NCBI RefSeq assembly: GCF_001194135.2
Contig: NC_068995.1
Span: 18,072,267-18,136,266, forward strand
Direction of reading: 5' to 3'
Length of the DNA: 64,000 nt
Source: Octopus bimaculoides
Taxonomy: Eukaryota
Shown: positions 52,602-64,000 of the stretch, piece after piece
Layout: each line of letters starts with the position of its first letter
Position numbering within the stretch: position 1 is the first letter of the stretch
Notes under the pieces: model-generated
The model's input: only the letters and a program-made list of their open reading frames with translations
The model's database searches: none
What the model was told of the DNA's origin: nothing
Program-made: the position numbers and the translations under genes

Positions 52602-53885
52602 TCATACATCTATATACATACATACATACCTGTCTGCATACACGCCCACATACATACATACACACACACATATACATACACGTATACATATATGAATGTA
52701 TATGTAAGAATATGCGCTCACACACTCTCATACGTCCAAGCACGCTCATACATATTGAACGTATGCATGTGTATTGATGTAGATATATTGGCGTGTGTAT
52801 GTTTTCATGTGCGTGTCAGTCTGTATAATTGTAAATATATAGAGGAGTTATTACCCAATGTGTCTGTCACAGCCACCAAATTTAATATAACAAGAAACGA
52901 CGGAGCAGTAATCAATATTAGACAATATTCCGAAGGAAGAAAATTTTCATCAATGTCAGTAATAAATCATTTCTGATAATTACAGCATACAGACTTACTG
53001 TATGTACAGGCATTAACTGCGAGGGTGTGTAGGAGATGAATGTTAAGAGAGGAAAGAAAGTTGTGTTCATAGGAGCAGTAATACATAAGGAATGTGAGTT
53101 AGAGTTATAAATGAGAGAGAGAGAGAGGAAGAGAGAGAGAGAGAGAGAGAGAGATAGGAAGAGAGAGATAGAAAGAGAGAGAGATAGGAAGAGAGAGATA
53201 GAAAGAGAGAGAGAGAGAGAGAGGGAGGGAGGGACAGTACGATTGATAGGGAGAATTCACGTGAGAGGTGGAGGATGAGTTTAATTTAAATGTGAGAATG
53301 CAGAGTAGAATTGTGGCGATTGAGATTGATACAGATGTGAAAAGATTGGAAGAGGTGGAGATCATTGAGAAAATGATACGAGACAAGAATCAGTTAGATG
53401 GGCGAGATGAGAGGATTGAGATAAATACTATGATACTGATGTATAGATATACAGACAGTGGTAGACATAGACAGAGAAAGGTTCAATGTCAGTTGATTTG
53501 AGTGTGAGATATGAGAAAGACGATGGATGAGAAAGACACAGTAAACGAATCGGATGTTAAGGAGGAAAAGGTACACAAAATGACTCAGGTGAAAGGAACG
53601 CAAAAGAGACAAAGGGAACGACGGTAGAAAGAGGTGCGGAGATAAACATTGAGTAAAAATAACAGTTCGAAAGAGACAGAAGAGAGATTAAATACAAAGA
53701 AACATAAAAGAAGAATGTACATTAGATATTAACAACAAAGAAAATATTTGAGAAGCAGGGAGGGAAAATTCAATGATAGTGTTTTTCTAAATGGAGATAA
53801 TTACTAATAGTAGAGGAGCAAACAAGAGATAGACAGGGAGACAAGAGAGAGTAGAAAATAAATGAGTGTGTACGTCTATAGATAA

Positions 53886-53935
<50 letters not shown>
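52525..53935. repeat. Microsatellite and purine-rich low-complexity field: (TG/TA/CA)n, (GA)n with a 30-bp higher-order repeat, (GATA)n
   Basis: GAGATAGGAAGAGAGAGATAGAAAGAGAGA at 53151-53180 repeats exactly at 53181-53210; (GATA)n at about 53878-53935. Confidence 0.9.
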
Positions 53936-54571
53936 GAAATCAAATATACGGATAGGAAAACAAGTAATGCAGTAAAATATTGTAGAGAATAAGAAGGATA
54001 GATGGAGAATAATAGAGAAAAACATAAATCAAAAGCCAGAATGAGAACTCAGGACGAGAAAGTAAAAGAGTCGAAATGCTCTGTGACGAGACAAAATATC
54101 TTGAATGTTAAATAAAAAATATTTCTTAAAATAAGGTCCACCGCAGCACCGTATTTCATATCCATTACTTCAACACCCAAATATTTTCTTCATATTTTAT
54201 TTTACGTCGCATTCTTAAACAATTTCGTTTACTTTGAAGTTTAGCCACATAACTAAATTTTTCTAAATTCTTACAAGAACACCCGCAAATTTTGTCATTG
54301 AATTCTTCTTATCCACACAAACACTTATCTTTTTCCATAAAAATGGAATGTATTTAAATTCTATTTTCTCATGCCCTACAGTGACACTTTAAGGTTATTC
54401 AGTGTAATATACTGCTGCAAATAGTGCACACACGCAAATCATATGTATACTCAAAGTTTCAAAACTTATTTTTCAAAACTAATTTCAATGAAGATGAATT
54501 TCCTATAATATTGCAGTGTAATAACTTTGCTCAAAATAACTGCTATGAATCAAAGATATATCGGTTTGAAA

Positions 54572-54754
54572 TTTTGTCACAAGGCTAGCAATTTTGAGGA
54601 GGGAGACTAGTGCACAGTTGGTACTTATTTTATCGACTCCGAAACGATGAAAGGTAAAGTCAACCTCAGCGGAATTTGAACTCAGTATGTAAGGACAGGC
54701 GAAATAGCGTTAAGCATTTTGCCCTATGCAAACGTCTCAGAAAGTTCTCTGCCT
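54572..54754 (-). mobile_element. SINE family A
   Basis: gtcacaaggctagcaattttgaggaggg ... ttggtacttattttatcgactccgaaacgatgaaaggtaaagtcaacctcagcggaatttgaactcag. Confidence 0.88.
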
Positions 54755-55350
54755 TAAAATAAGTAGAATATATGTTCGTGACACGCCTCTTCTCGTTTTC
54801 CGGTGTGCATATATACTCAGGACTTTATAATCTAACGTTTTTTTACAAAACCAATATTCCCAAGTGTGGACACAGAATACTTGATTAGGTTTACACTAGC
54901 CATATATTGATAATATATCATATTCGTTTTTTCTATGCATGACTGACATTCACACCAAACTGCACGTACTGATAAAAAAAATCACTCAGCGAACAAAAAT
55001 GTCGATAGAATGCCCTGAGATTTGGACATTATAAATCTTGAGCCTGTTGGAAATTTATGAGAATCAATGAGCAGCTACTTTAATTACCATTAAATTCGAC
55101 CCATTACTAACTCAAAATTATCAGACTATCGAGTAAATATGGACATTATTCAACGAAAAATCATCCAGCTAAGTTTTTCTGTGAAAATGTCATACTATCA
55201 TGTAAAGCTGAATCAAATTATAATCGACCACCCGATAAGTAAATCCATGTGTAACGTGCCATACTATCATATCACATAAGATATGGAATATCCGAAAGAT
55301 ATAACGGGAATGAGAGAGAGAGAGAGAGAAATACAGAGAGAGAGAGAGAC

Positions 55351-55383
<33 letters not shown>

Positions 55384-56214
55384 GGGAGATTGAGAGAGGG
55401 AGTGAGACATGAGTGCAATGATAGTGAATGGAGTACGTTTGATAAAAGGCTTGACTGATTCGGGCCGTTATGTGGGCATAAGCAATAATGTCGACAAAGT
55501 TAATAACAACAAAACAAAAATAAAAATAGAGGATACAAATAACTACTCTGACCTCTCTGTTGTTCTATTTCTTTTTCTTACTCCTTTACAATCAATTCAC
55601 TTTAATATGGGCCGTGATTTGACAAAATCCTTAGAGAGTCGGACAAAATAAGGTATGGTTTTATCTATGGTTCTTTACGTTGAGCATCCATCGAGCTCAA
55701 TATAGACTATTATTCTTTTGGTCGATAAAATAAACCACAAAGCAATAACTGTAGTCATTTTAGTCAGCTAACACTGGTCTGAAAATTTTGGGGCCGTCTT
55801 CCTGTTTAAGAAATTAAAACGGATGCCTACTTTCTTCTCTTAATACGGTTTTGTCTTTTAAAGAATTTATCTTCACTTTCCAATAGTCTTCAATAATGAT
55901 GTTAATATTTTCTTTCTCACTAAGATTTTCTACAATCTATTGCTAATTTTGGATATTATGTCATTTATAGAGCCTATAAGTCAAGACTCTAACCGAGAAC
56001 TCTACTAAGGATGAATTTTTAGACAGAATGAGAATTTATTTCATACATATTTCTTACAAGTGCATAAACGTACACACATAAATATATACATGTGTGTGCG
56101 CGTGCGCGCGTGTGTGAAAAGAGAGACAAACGGATGGACGGACAGAAATGGAAAGAAATGACGAGTAAGAGAGCTATATTCTTTCATTCTTCATTTGTTT
56201 TCAGCCACGGGCAG

Positions 56215-56286
56215 CGGGCAAATTCAACAACATTAAACTACTAAAGGTAACTACCTTTAGTAGTTTAATGTTGTTGAATATGCCCG
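56215..56286. repeat. 72-bp near-perfect palindrome
   Basis: 28-bp perfect arms at 56222-56249 and 56252-56279 around a 2-nt loop (AC), one A/A mismatch, then CGGGCA/TGCCCG. Confidence 0.97.
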
Positions 56287-56454
56287 GTGTGTCAGGGAAT
56301 CAAATATATTATAAATTTAAGACAGGTATTTGGTAGTATTTTTAGCGTAACCCTTACGGAACAACATTACATACACAAATTCTCAGTTACACGGATGCAC
56401 ACACACACCAAGCCACACAAATACACATATGTTTGCCTCATATATACATACATA

Positions 56455-56515
56455 CACACACACAAACACACACACACAGACACACACACACATACACACA
56501 CACACACACACACAC

Positions 56516-56580
<65 letters not shown>
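56455..56580. repeat. (CA)n(TA)n microsatellite
   Basis: Read directly. Confidence 0.97.
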
Positions 56581-56583
<3 letters not shown>

Positions 56584-59549
56584 AAAAATAATATATGGAG
56601 CAAAACGCGTATGATCAATAAGTTCCTTAAATTCCTACATATGTTTCAAATTTTATGTGCACTCTACTCCAAAGACGTAAGAGGTGCTGGAAATGCACAT
56701 AAATTCATCGTCAAGGAACCAACTTACACAAGCAAGACATGCGCTAGCTGCTAAGGTTGCGTACCAGTTATAACATTATATAGCTAAGTAAATGACCGTT
56801 CGAAACAAGAACGCTAGTTTACAGGGAGCTGTTAAGGAAGAGAGGCTTTGAACGCTATACTAAAAGTTTAAATTAAAAGAAGACATAATGAACCGCTGTA
56901 AAATCCAAAAAAGTATACGGTTGTTTCATAAACACATAACATTTACCATGAACTAGTGCATGCATTTAGGTGCCGAGAGTCTCTCCAGAAGAGCCACGGT
57001 TTGATTTTAAATGTGATTTATTTCTAGGTTTCTGGAAACGCTTTATACTGATTCTTACTGAAAATTTCGAAATGAATACATCTATAAACATGGGTACATA
57101 CACGCATATATAAACATTCATGTATCTTCATATCATATGCAGACATAAATAAGACAAAACTAAATAAAGAAACGAAAACAGAAAAAAAGTTGGAAAGAAG
57201 ATTATTGAATAAACAGCAAAGTGGGATTTAAAGAGGGATAGCAAACTAAAGACTTAAGGAATGTAAACGGATTTAGAAAGAATACATAACATAAAGAGAT
57301 GTCCAGAAAGGAGAGAGAGAGAGTGAGGGAGAGAGAGCAAGAAAATAATAGAGAATGAAAGAATGAAATATTTCGTAAAAATAAATAGAGCGAAGGAACA
57401 TGTTAAATTTTAACTATATTTGCTAACCTCGAGAGCTGATCTGGTTTGGATTGCTTGTCCAAATTATCAATGATCAATAAATATGTAATCGATTTATTTT
57501 AGAATATATAATGAGAGAAACAACAAGAAGTAACGTAAACGAAATGACACACGAAAGAAAAAACAAAGCAAACAATTCTAACAAACGAAAAAGCAATGAA
57601 GTTGTATTTGGCATTCCTTTCTTGGCATGAATGATGCTTGAGAATATATGACCTAGGTGTCAGAAGGTTCATAACTTTTTCGATTGACATAAGAGAATAT
57701 ATGTGCTTCCGGGGAGGGGTGTCTATGTAAACATATTCATTGAACGTTTGAAACTAAGGCATTTTATTGTATTTGCTGTAAACAATATGGGTTTGTTCGT
57801 GAGATGTAATAAAATGAATGTCAATAGGAATATCCTCCAGTGCAACGTAATATACTGTTCTACACCTGTAATCGAGGTTACGATTGCTTGAGTAATGTTA
57901 AGCCTTGCAATGTACAGTTCGTTCTTGTCGAAACTACTTACGTCTATAATGATACGATTGAAATGGCCATTACGTATCCTGTCTTCTTCTAAACAACTCA
58001 ATACGGAGAACTGTTTTATTATAGAGAGCTCCTGCTAAGTACAGCCCTGGGCTGTACTTGTAAATATTGACTGCTCACATGTCACTTTCTTAAGCTAGAC
58101 ATGACTGAATATATTGTTTAACAAGTAAAAACAGTACTAAACGAACTAACAAGAGAAAGTGCATTTGATGAATCAACCCAGAAAATATATCAGGCAAAAT
58201 GTTTCATATCATGCACACACACACACACACACACAATGAAAATACCTTCACAAATACATGCTACGAATACGTTTGAAAAATAAAAATATGCATCTGAGAA
58301 CGTAATTTCTCGTAAACACAAATACTTTGAGGCCAGCGTTGGAAATATAAGCTATCAAATTTAAATAGGATATAAACAACATTATCAATGACAATGCAAG
58401 TGACCAGTTAACAAATGTGTAATTATCACTATACGCTCTTTGCTCGTTTATGTGCAAGATATATTGTACTACAATTTTGATATCCGAAGGCCATAAAATA
58501 CTGCATTTGTAATGCAGTGGGGCTCAGTAGATCTAACAAAATCTACTATCGCACACATTACATGGTAAGATACTGTTTTACACGTTTAAAAGTAAATAAG
58601 TTAGTAAAGTAATTTGGCATTTTAGTAGTGTTTCAAATTGGTCACCGTGTAAGCTAATTACATTTGCTTGTGGCAAAATTAAGAGCGTCTCGTGTGTTAG
58701 TGTTCTAACAGTAGTATGGAGTGGATTACTTTAAACTTTATACTTTATTAATAAACTGCAGAAACGTCAAAAAACTGGTACTCACAGTTTCACGTTCCCG
58801 TTTGGCAGACAGTTTTGTTTGAGAATGGAACTAAAAAATAAGTTTATATGTATAGATACACAATATATTGATAGATATACAATTGATAGTGGGTTTTATT
58901 TCATTGGTTCTTTCAACTATCGGATTTTCAATAACCGGTTATAGGAAATTACAATAAAATTACGATTTAAAATCAAAATCGAAGAAAATTAGTTTTACTA
59001 GAAGGAAAAAACCTCTATACCCAGGCTAAATTAATCAACGATGAATTAAATTTACCCCTTTATAATAAAAAAAAAATATTCACTTGCAAAGAACTAACAT
59101 CATAAACATATATCTAAATTTGCTTATACATACACATACCAAAGAAAGATATACATATATATATGCGGTAAACATAGAAACGTTAGTACATACCTATAAA
59201 CATATACAAACAAATACAGGTAAAAAATATACATGTACGAATGTGTATATAGGTATCTACGTACATATATAAACACACATAATGGGTGTCTGTGCGTATT
59301 TCTAAAAGTACAACTTAGTTCTGGCGTGTTAGAAAAGGAAATAGAAGGAAAAAGAAAATAATAACTAGCGAGAGGAAGAAAAGGTAGAAAAAGAAGTGGT
59401 GGAAGAAAGAAAAAAGGGAGAGTAGAGGAAAATGAAAAAAACAGGGAGAGAGAGAGATAGTGAAGGAAAGATCATACGGTTCATAAAAGTCTAAAACATC
59501 ATAACTATTTGCCAAAAACGAAACTTCTTTCTTGCCAACCCAATATATA

Positions 59550-60521
59550 NNNNNNNNNNNNNNNNNNNNNNNNNNNNNNNNNNNNNNNNNNNNNNNNNNN
59601 NNNNNNNNNNNNNNNNNNNNNNNNNNNNNNNNNNNNNNNNNNNNNNNNNNNNNNNNNNNNNNNNNNNNNNNNNNNNNNNNNNNNNNNNNNNNNNNNNNNN
59701 NNNNNNNNNNNNNNNNNNNNNNNNNNNNNNNNNNNNNNNNNNNNNNNNNNNNNNNNNNNNNNNNNNNNNNNNNNNNNNNNNNNNNNNNNNNNNNNNNNNN
59801 NNNNNNNNNNNNNNNNNNNNNNNNNNNNNNNNNNNNNNNNNNNNNNNNNNNNNNNNNNNNNNNNNNNNNNNNNNNNNNNNNNNNNNNNNNNNNNNNNNNN
59901 NNNNNNNNNNNNNNNNNNNNNNNNNNNNNNNNNNNNNNNNNNNNNNNNNNNNNNNNNNNNNNNNNNNNNNNNNNNNNNNNNNNNNNNNNNNNNNNNNNNN
60001 NNNNNNNNNNNNNNNNNNNNNNNNNNNNNNNNNNNNNNNNNNNNNNNNNNNNNNNNNNNNNNNNNNNNNNNNNNNNNNNNNNNNNNNNNNNNNNNNNNNN
60101 NNNNNNNNNNNNNNNNNNNNNNNNNNNNNNNNNNNNNNNNNNNNNNNNNNNNNNNNNNNNNNNNNNNNNNNNNNNNNNNNNNNNNNNNNNNNNNNNNNNN
60201 NNNNNNNNNNNNNNNNNNNNNNNNNNNNNNNNNNNNNNNNNNNNNNNNNNNNNNNNNNNNNNNNNNNNNNNNNNNNNNNNNNNNNNNNNNNNNNNNNNNN
60301 NNNNNNNNNNNNNNNNNNNNNNNNNNNNNNNNNNNNNNNNNNNNNNNNNNNNNNNNNNNNNNNNNNNNNNNNNNNNNNNNNNNNNNNNNNNNNNNNNNNN
60401 NNNNNNNNNNNNNNNNNNNNNNNNNNNNNNNNNNNNNNNNNNNNNNNNNNNNNNNNNNNNNNNNNNNNNNNNNNNNNNNNNNNNNNNNNNNNNNNNNNNN
60501 NNNNNNNNNNNNNNNNNNNNN
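59550..60521. other. Assembly gap (N run)
   Basis: N characters; the long ORFs across it are artefacts. Confidence 1.
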
Positions 60522-61481
60522 ATATATATATATATACCGAATGAAAGAGACATGCAGACCGATAGTTAGACAGACAGACATATAGATAGACAGACATAGT
60601 TGATATTTCATTCCATTTGGCGTAGAAAATCTTTATTCTTTTATTTTCGTTTTATTTTTTCCATTCTTTCACTACGTGCTTTACTTATTTAAATTTATAT
60701 GTAGTTCACTTGTGTCCTCTTCATATTATAAGATACCTTGTTTACCTGCGCGTATTTTCTATATTTATTACCTCACACACATATGTGCAAAATCACATTT
60801 AAACTACATTTAATGCACTATATAGCGATCATGTTGAGCGATTTGAAACAGAATAAACTTTATTTGTTATATTTAAATAATCACACAAATGATCATTGCT
60901 GTGAAAATTTAACGAAATATTTATGTCATATATTCATCAAAATATCATTCGATTTTTCTAGTTTCAACTACTTTCAAAATAACATCAGTGTAAAGAAAAT
61001 TAATTTTTGCAACAAAGAGACGTGTAGTGTATAGCAATATACTTTATATATAAGAGTGAAGAAAGCTTAGTTGTTGGGTTAATGCTACATAAAATTACAA
61101 AGCGCTAGCGTGATAAAATAGTAGTTGGGCACAACAGACATTTTGTGAATAAATTGTAATCACTCAAAATGTTACTGATTCGTCTTTCATTAAATTCAAT
61201 TTGGTGTCAGCGTGCTCGGCAGCAAGTGGGCTTTGGCCAAGGGCTTCATATAACCTCACTTATATTGGACAGTGAGGAACATTTATTTCTTTCATAGATT
61301 TACACTTAACCAGATCCATCCGTATTTTTGCCCATAAATGGATAGTTGTGAAAGCATTGGATTTAACTTATTACTTTTTCAGAGACTAAATTGCGTGTTT
61401 AATATAGACAGATAGGCATTTTTATTCTATCGTTATGTATAAATACATACCAGATAATTTTACGTTACATTCAAAATTACA

Positions 61482-61542
<61 letters not shown>

Positions 61543-62352
61543 AGGAGTCCGTGTTTATAGAACTTTTAATACTATATTAACAAACAGTATTCCTAGCAAT
61601 TAAACCAAATTACGAATATCACATTATATTTTGGAATTCACGTGGCTAATATCATCAATTCTTACATAAAAGAGGATAGCAAAAATCTAGCCATAAAAAA
61701 TACCATATAATGCTATAAACGAAAATAAACTCAATTTTCTGAATAACCTAAACACTAGACTTGTAAATCTATTTAGATCAGAACCGAGAAGAATAAGTGA
61801 AAACATTATAGATAAAACCAACAAGTTAACGTATATTATAGACAGATTCTTTGAGACAAAAATATTACATTACATCGGAAATATGTAGGTTTAGAAACTA
61901 TTGATAAAAAATTATTGAAAATAAAACATAAAAAAACTCACCTAATTCTATGCTATATTCTACTATGGTTCCATAAATAATCTCCTATTATTAAAAGCCG
62001 TGCAATTCACCTCACAATGCTTTAGCATCAGAGATAATGTATCGAAATAATAAAAATTACTATAAAAGTAAGTATCTTCCGCATAAAAAAGAACATGCTA
62101 CACAACAATTGATGTAAACATTGGAGTTAAATGTCCAAAAAATTTCAAATTTAATAGGCCTCCAAATTGATATATTCATTGGGAATAATATCCATTCTAA
62201 GCGCGCTAATGCTTATATGTCTCATAATTTCATAAAAGTAATCAATATATTCGAAGAATTAAATGTATTACGTAAAATAGAAAATTCACAACACGCTATG
62301 TAATCTTATGTAAATGGGTGTATATATGTATGCATGTGTATATATATTTATT

Positions 62353-62357
<5 letters not shown>

Positions 62358-62416
<59 letters not shown>

Positions 62417-62890
62417 NNNNNNNNNNNNNNNNNNNNNNNNNNNNNNNNNNNNNNNNNNNNNNNNNNNNNNNNNNNNNNNNNNNNNNNNNNNNNNNNNNNN
62501 NNNNNNNNNNNNNNNNNNNNNNNNNNNNNNNNNNNNNNNNNNNNNNNNNNNNNNNNNNNNNNNNNNNNNNNNNNNNNNNNNNNNNNNNNNNNNNNNNNNN
62601 NNNNNNNNNNNNNNNNNNNNNNNNNNNNNNNNNNNNNNNNNNNNNNNNNNNNNNNNNNNNNNNNNNNNNNNNNNNNNNNNNNNNNNNNNNNNNNNNNNNN
62701 NNNNNNNNNNNNNNNNNNNNNNNNNNNNNNNNNNNNNNNNNNNNNNNNNNNNNNNNNNNNNNNNNNNNNNNNNNNNNNNNNNNNNNNNNNNNNNNNNNNN
62801 NNNNNNNNNNNNNNNNNNNNNNNNNNNNNNNNNNNNNNNNNNNNNNNNNNNNNNNNNNNNNNNNNNNNNNNNNNNNNNNNNNNNNNNNNN
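62358..62890. other. (CA)n followed by an assembly gap (N at 62417-62890)
   Basis: Read directly. Confidence 1.
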
Positions 62891-63639
62891 ATATTAAAAA
62901 GGAGGCACTGCGATTTTAGCTAGATTGTGAATTGTATGTGACTGAAAAGAATTTAGTGTACGGGATGGAGAGTGCGATGGTGAATCGTAAATAATTTTTG
63001 CCGGATTTTAGGCAATTTCACCACGAAAACTAACAATACTGAAAAAGCAAAGACGATTAAGATCGCTAGAATGTTAAGAATTATTAGCACACAGTCACAG
63101 AAATGAAGTATTGTGCAAGACAAAGGTAGCAATTGCTACTGTCTCCGCTTGAAACAGAACTGCATCTATAACAATAAAACACATTTAGATATAAAGCACA
63201 TAGAGGAAAAACAGATCATTCCTGCTCACTGTGTACGAAACATTGGCCTCAGCACATGTTTGCCGCAATAATTTCAGTCACCCAGTCATCCAGGCAGCGG
63301 AAGATTGACAGCAAATTGTGTGTAGCAAGTGGAACACAGTGTCTCCGTAGAAAGCGGAAGAACATGCATTCCGTTCAGGTTATCTATGGATTGCGGCAAG
63401 GCATAAGAGTCAGAGAGTAGTATACGACAAATGCGATATAGGTCTTCCCCCAACCTTTCAGGGATTGTTTTCTCTCGGCCAATTTGTGGATGAGACTAGC
63501 TACACTGCCCGTAATCTTTTTCCCAATTCTTGTCCTCTTAGAGATCTGGACCAAAAATATCACTGAATAATAGAACAGATCCTTTCTTTTATCACCTCCT
63601 CAAATTTCTTTGATGTAGTTCTGATTATCTCGACGTGTT

Positions 63640-64000
63640 TATTGTTTGATCACACAGGTGACGTATATGCATACTCAAACTCGGCTCTTATGCATCCTAG
63701 TTATCGCGGATAGCCATAAGATATGTCCAACATCTCCCCTAGTATTTTTAGAGTTAGAACGTACAGGAGTGAGATACGGAAGGCATGATACTGATCATTT
63801 CTAAAAGGTGGCAATCTACACTGACCACTGGTCAAATGTCTATATTTTGCAGCAATGCAACGCCTAAAAACGGGCTCAAAACTAACCTTCTAACAAACAA
63901 CTGCTAAAAATTGATGGCGGATCTCATCGAAAGCTTTCGATTGAGCTACATTGTTTATGCCTATGTGATGTGTCCACAAGATAAATGCTGTCGTGGATAC
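63640..64000 (+). mobile_element. Possible highly decayed non-LTR (RTE-like) reverse transcriptase fragment
   Basis: Plus-strand pieces in plausible order: SYRG, FLKG..ST, VYILQQCNA*KRAQN*P, MADL(+1)SKAFD. Compare RTE NYRGI..GF..GRST..IF.LRQ..EK..EQN.P....DL.KAFD. Several frameshifts are required. Confidence 0.35.

Noticed and set aside
57480-58001. 92-aa minus-strand ORF plus downstream hydrophobic frame resembling a membrane protein
   Set aside because: The hydrophobicity is explained by a T-rich strand; there are in-frame stops and no family motif was recognised.
59315-60611. Long 345-412 aa ORFs, and similar ones at 6.2-6.8, 22.2-23.1, 43.3-43.9 and 62.3-62.9 kb
   Set aside because: They consist almost entirely of X from N gaps plus dinucleotide repeats.
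63926-63941. 16-bp perfect palindrome ATCGAAAGCTTTCGAT
   Set aside because: Short, and it coincides with the SKAFD codons of the putative RT fragment, where it reads similarly on both strands; no independent function is supported.

Overview
AT-rich, microsatellite-saturated animal DNA from a gapped draft assembly; six N-runs all abut dinucleotide or tetranucleotide repeats. The interspersed repeats match tRNA-derived SINE families I recognise from octopus genomes, so the source is probably a coleoid cephalopod (Octopus); this is an inference. I could not identify any intact protein-coding gene, tRNA, rRNA or CRISPR array, and most ORFs in the track are microsatellite or N-gap artefacts. The window looks intronic or intergenic. 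Supported content: about 13 SINE copies in at least 3 families; two decayed Penelope-like (GIY-YIG) retroelements; a 5'-truncated R4/Dong-type LINE (RT plus restriction-like endonuclease); a mariner-derived MITE; a probable non-autonomous Helitron/HINE-like element; a possible decayed RT fragment at the right edge; a 72-bp near-perfect palindrome; a local ~210-bp duplication; and a few weak candidate exons. The most interesting feature is a GC-rich 371-bp island at 38167-38537, inserted in (TA)n. It has 45-bp direct repeats 279 nt apart and several hammerhead-ribozyme core motifs (CTGANGA and stem-GAAAC), so it may be a retrozyme or Penelope pseudo-LTR element. A second, probably decayed, hammerhead-like motif lies at 43272-43362.
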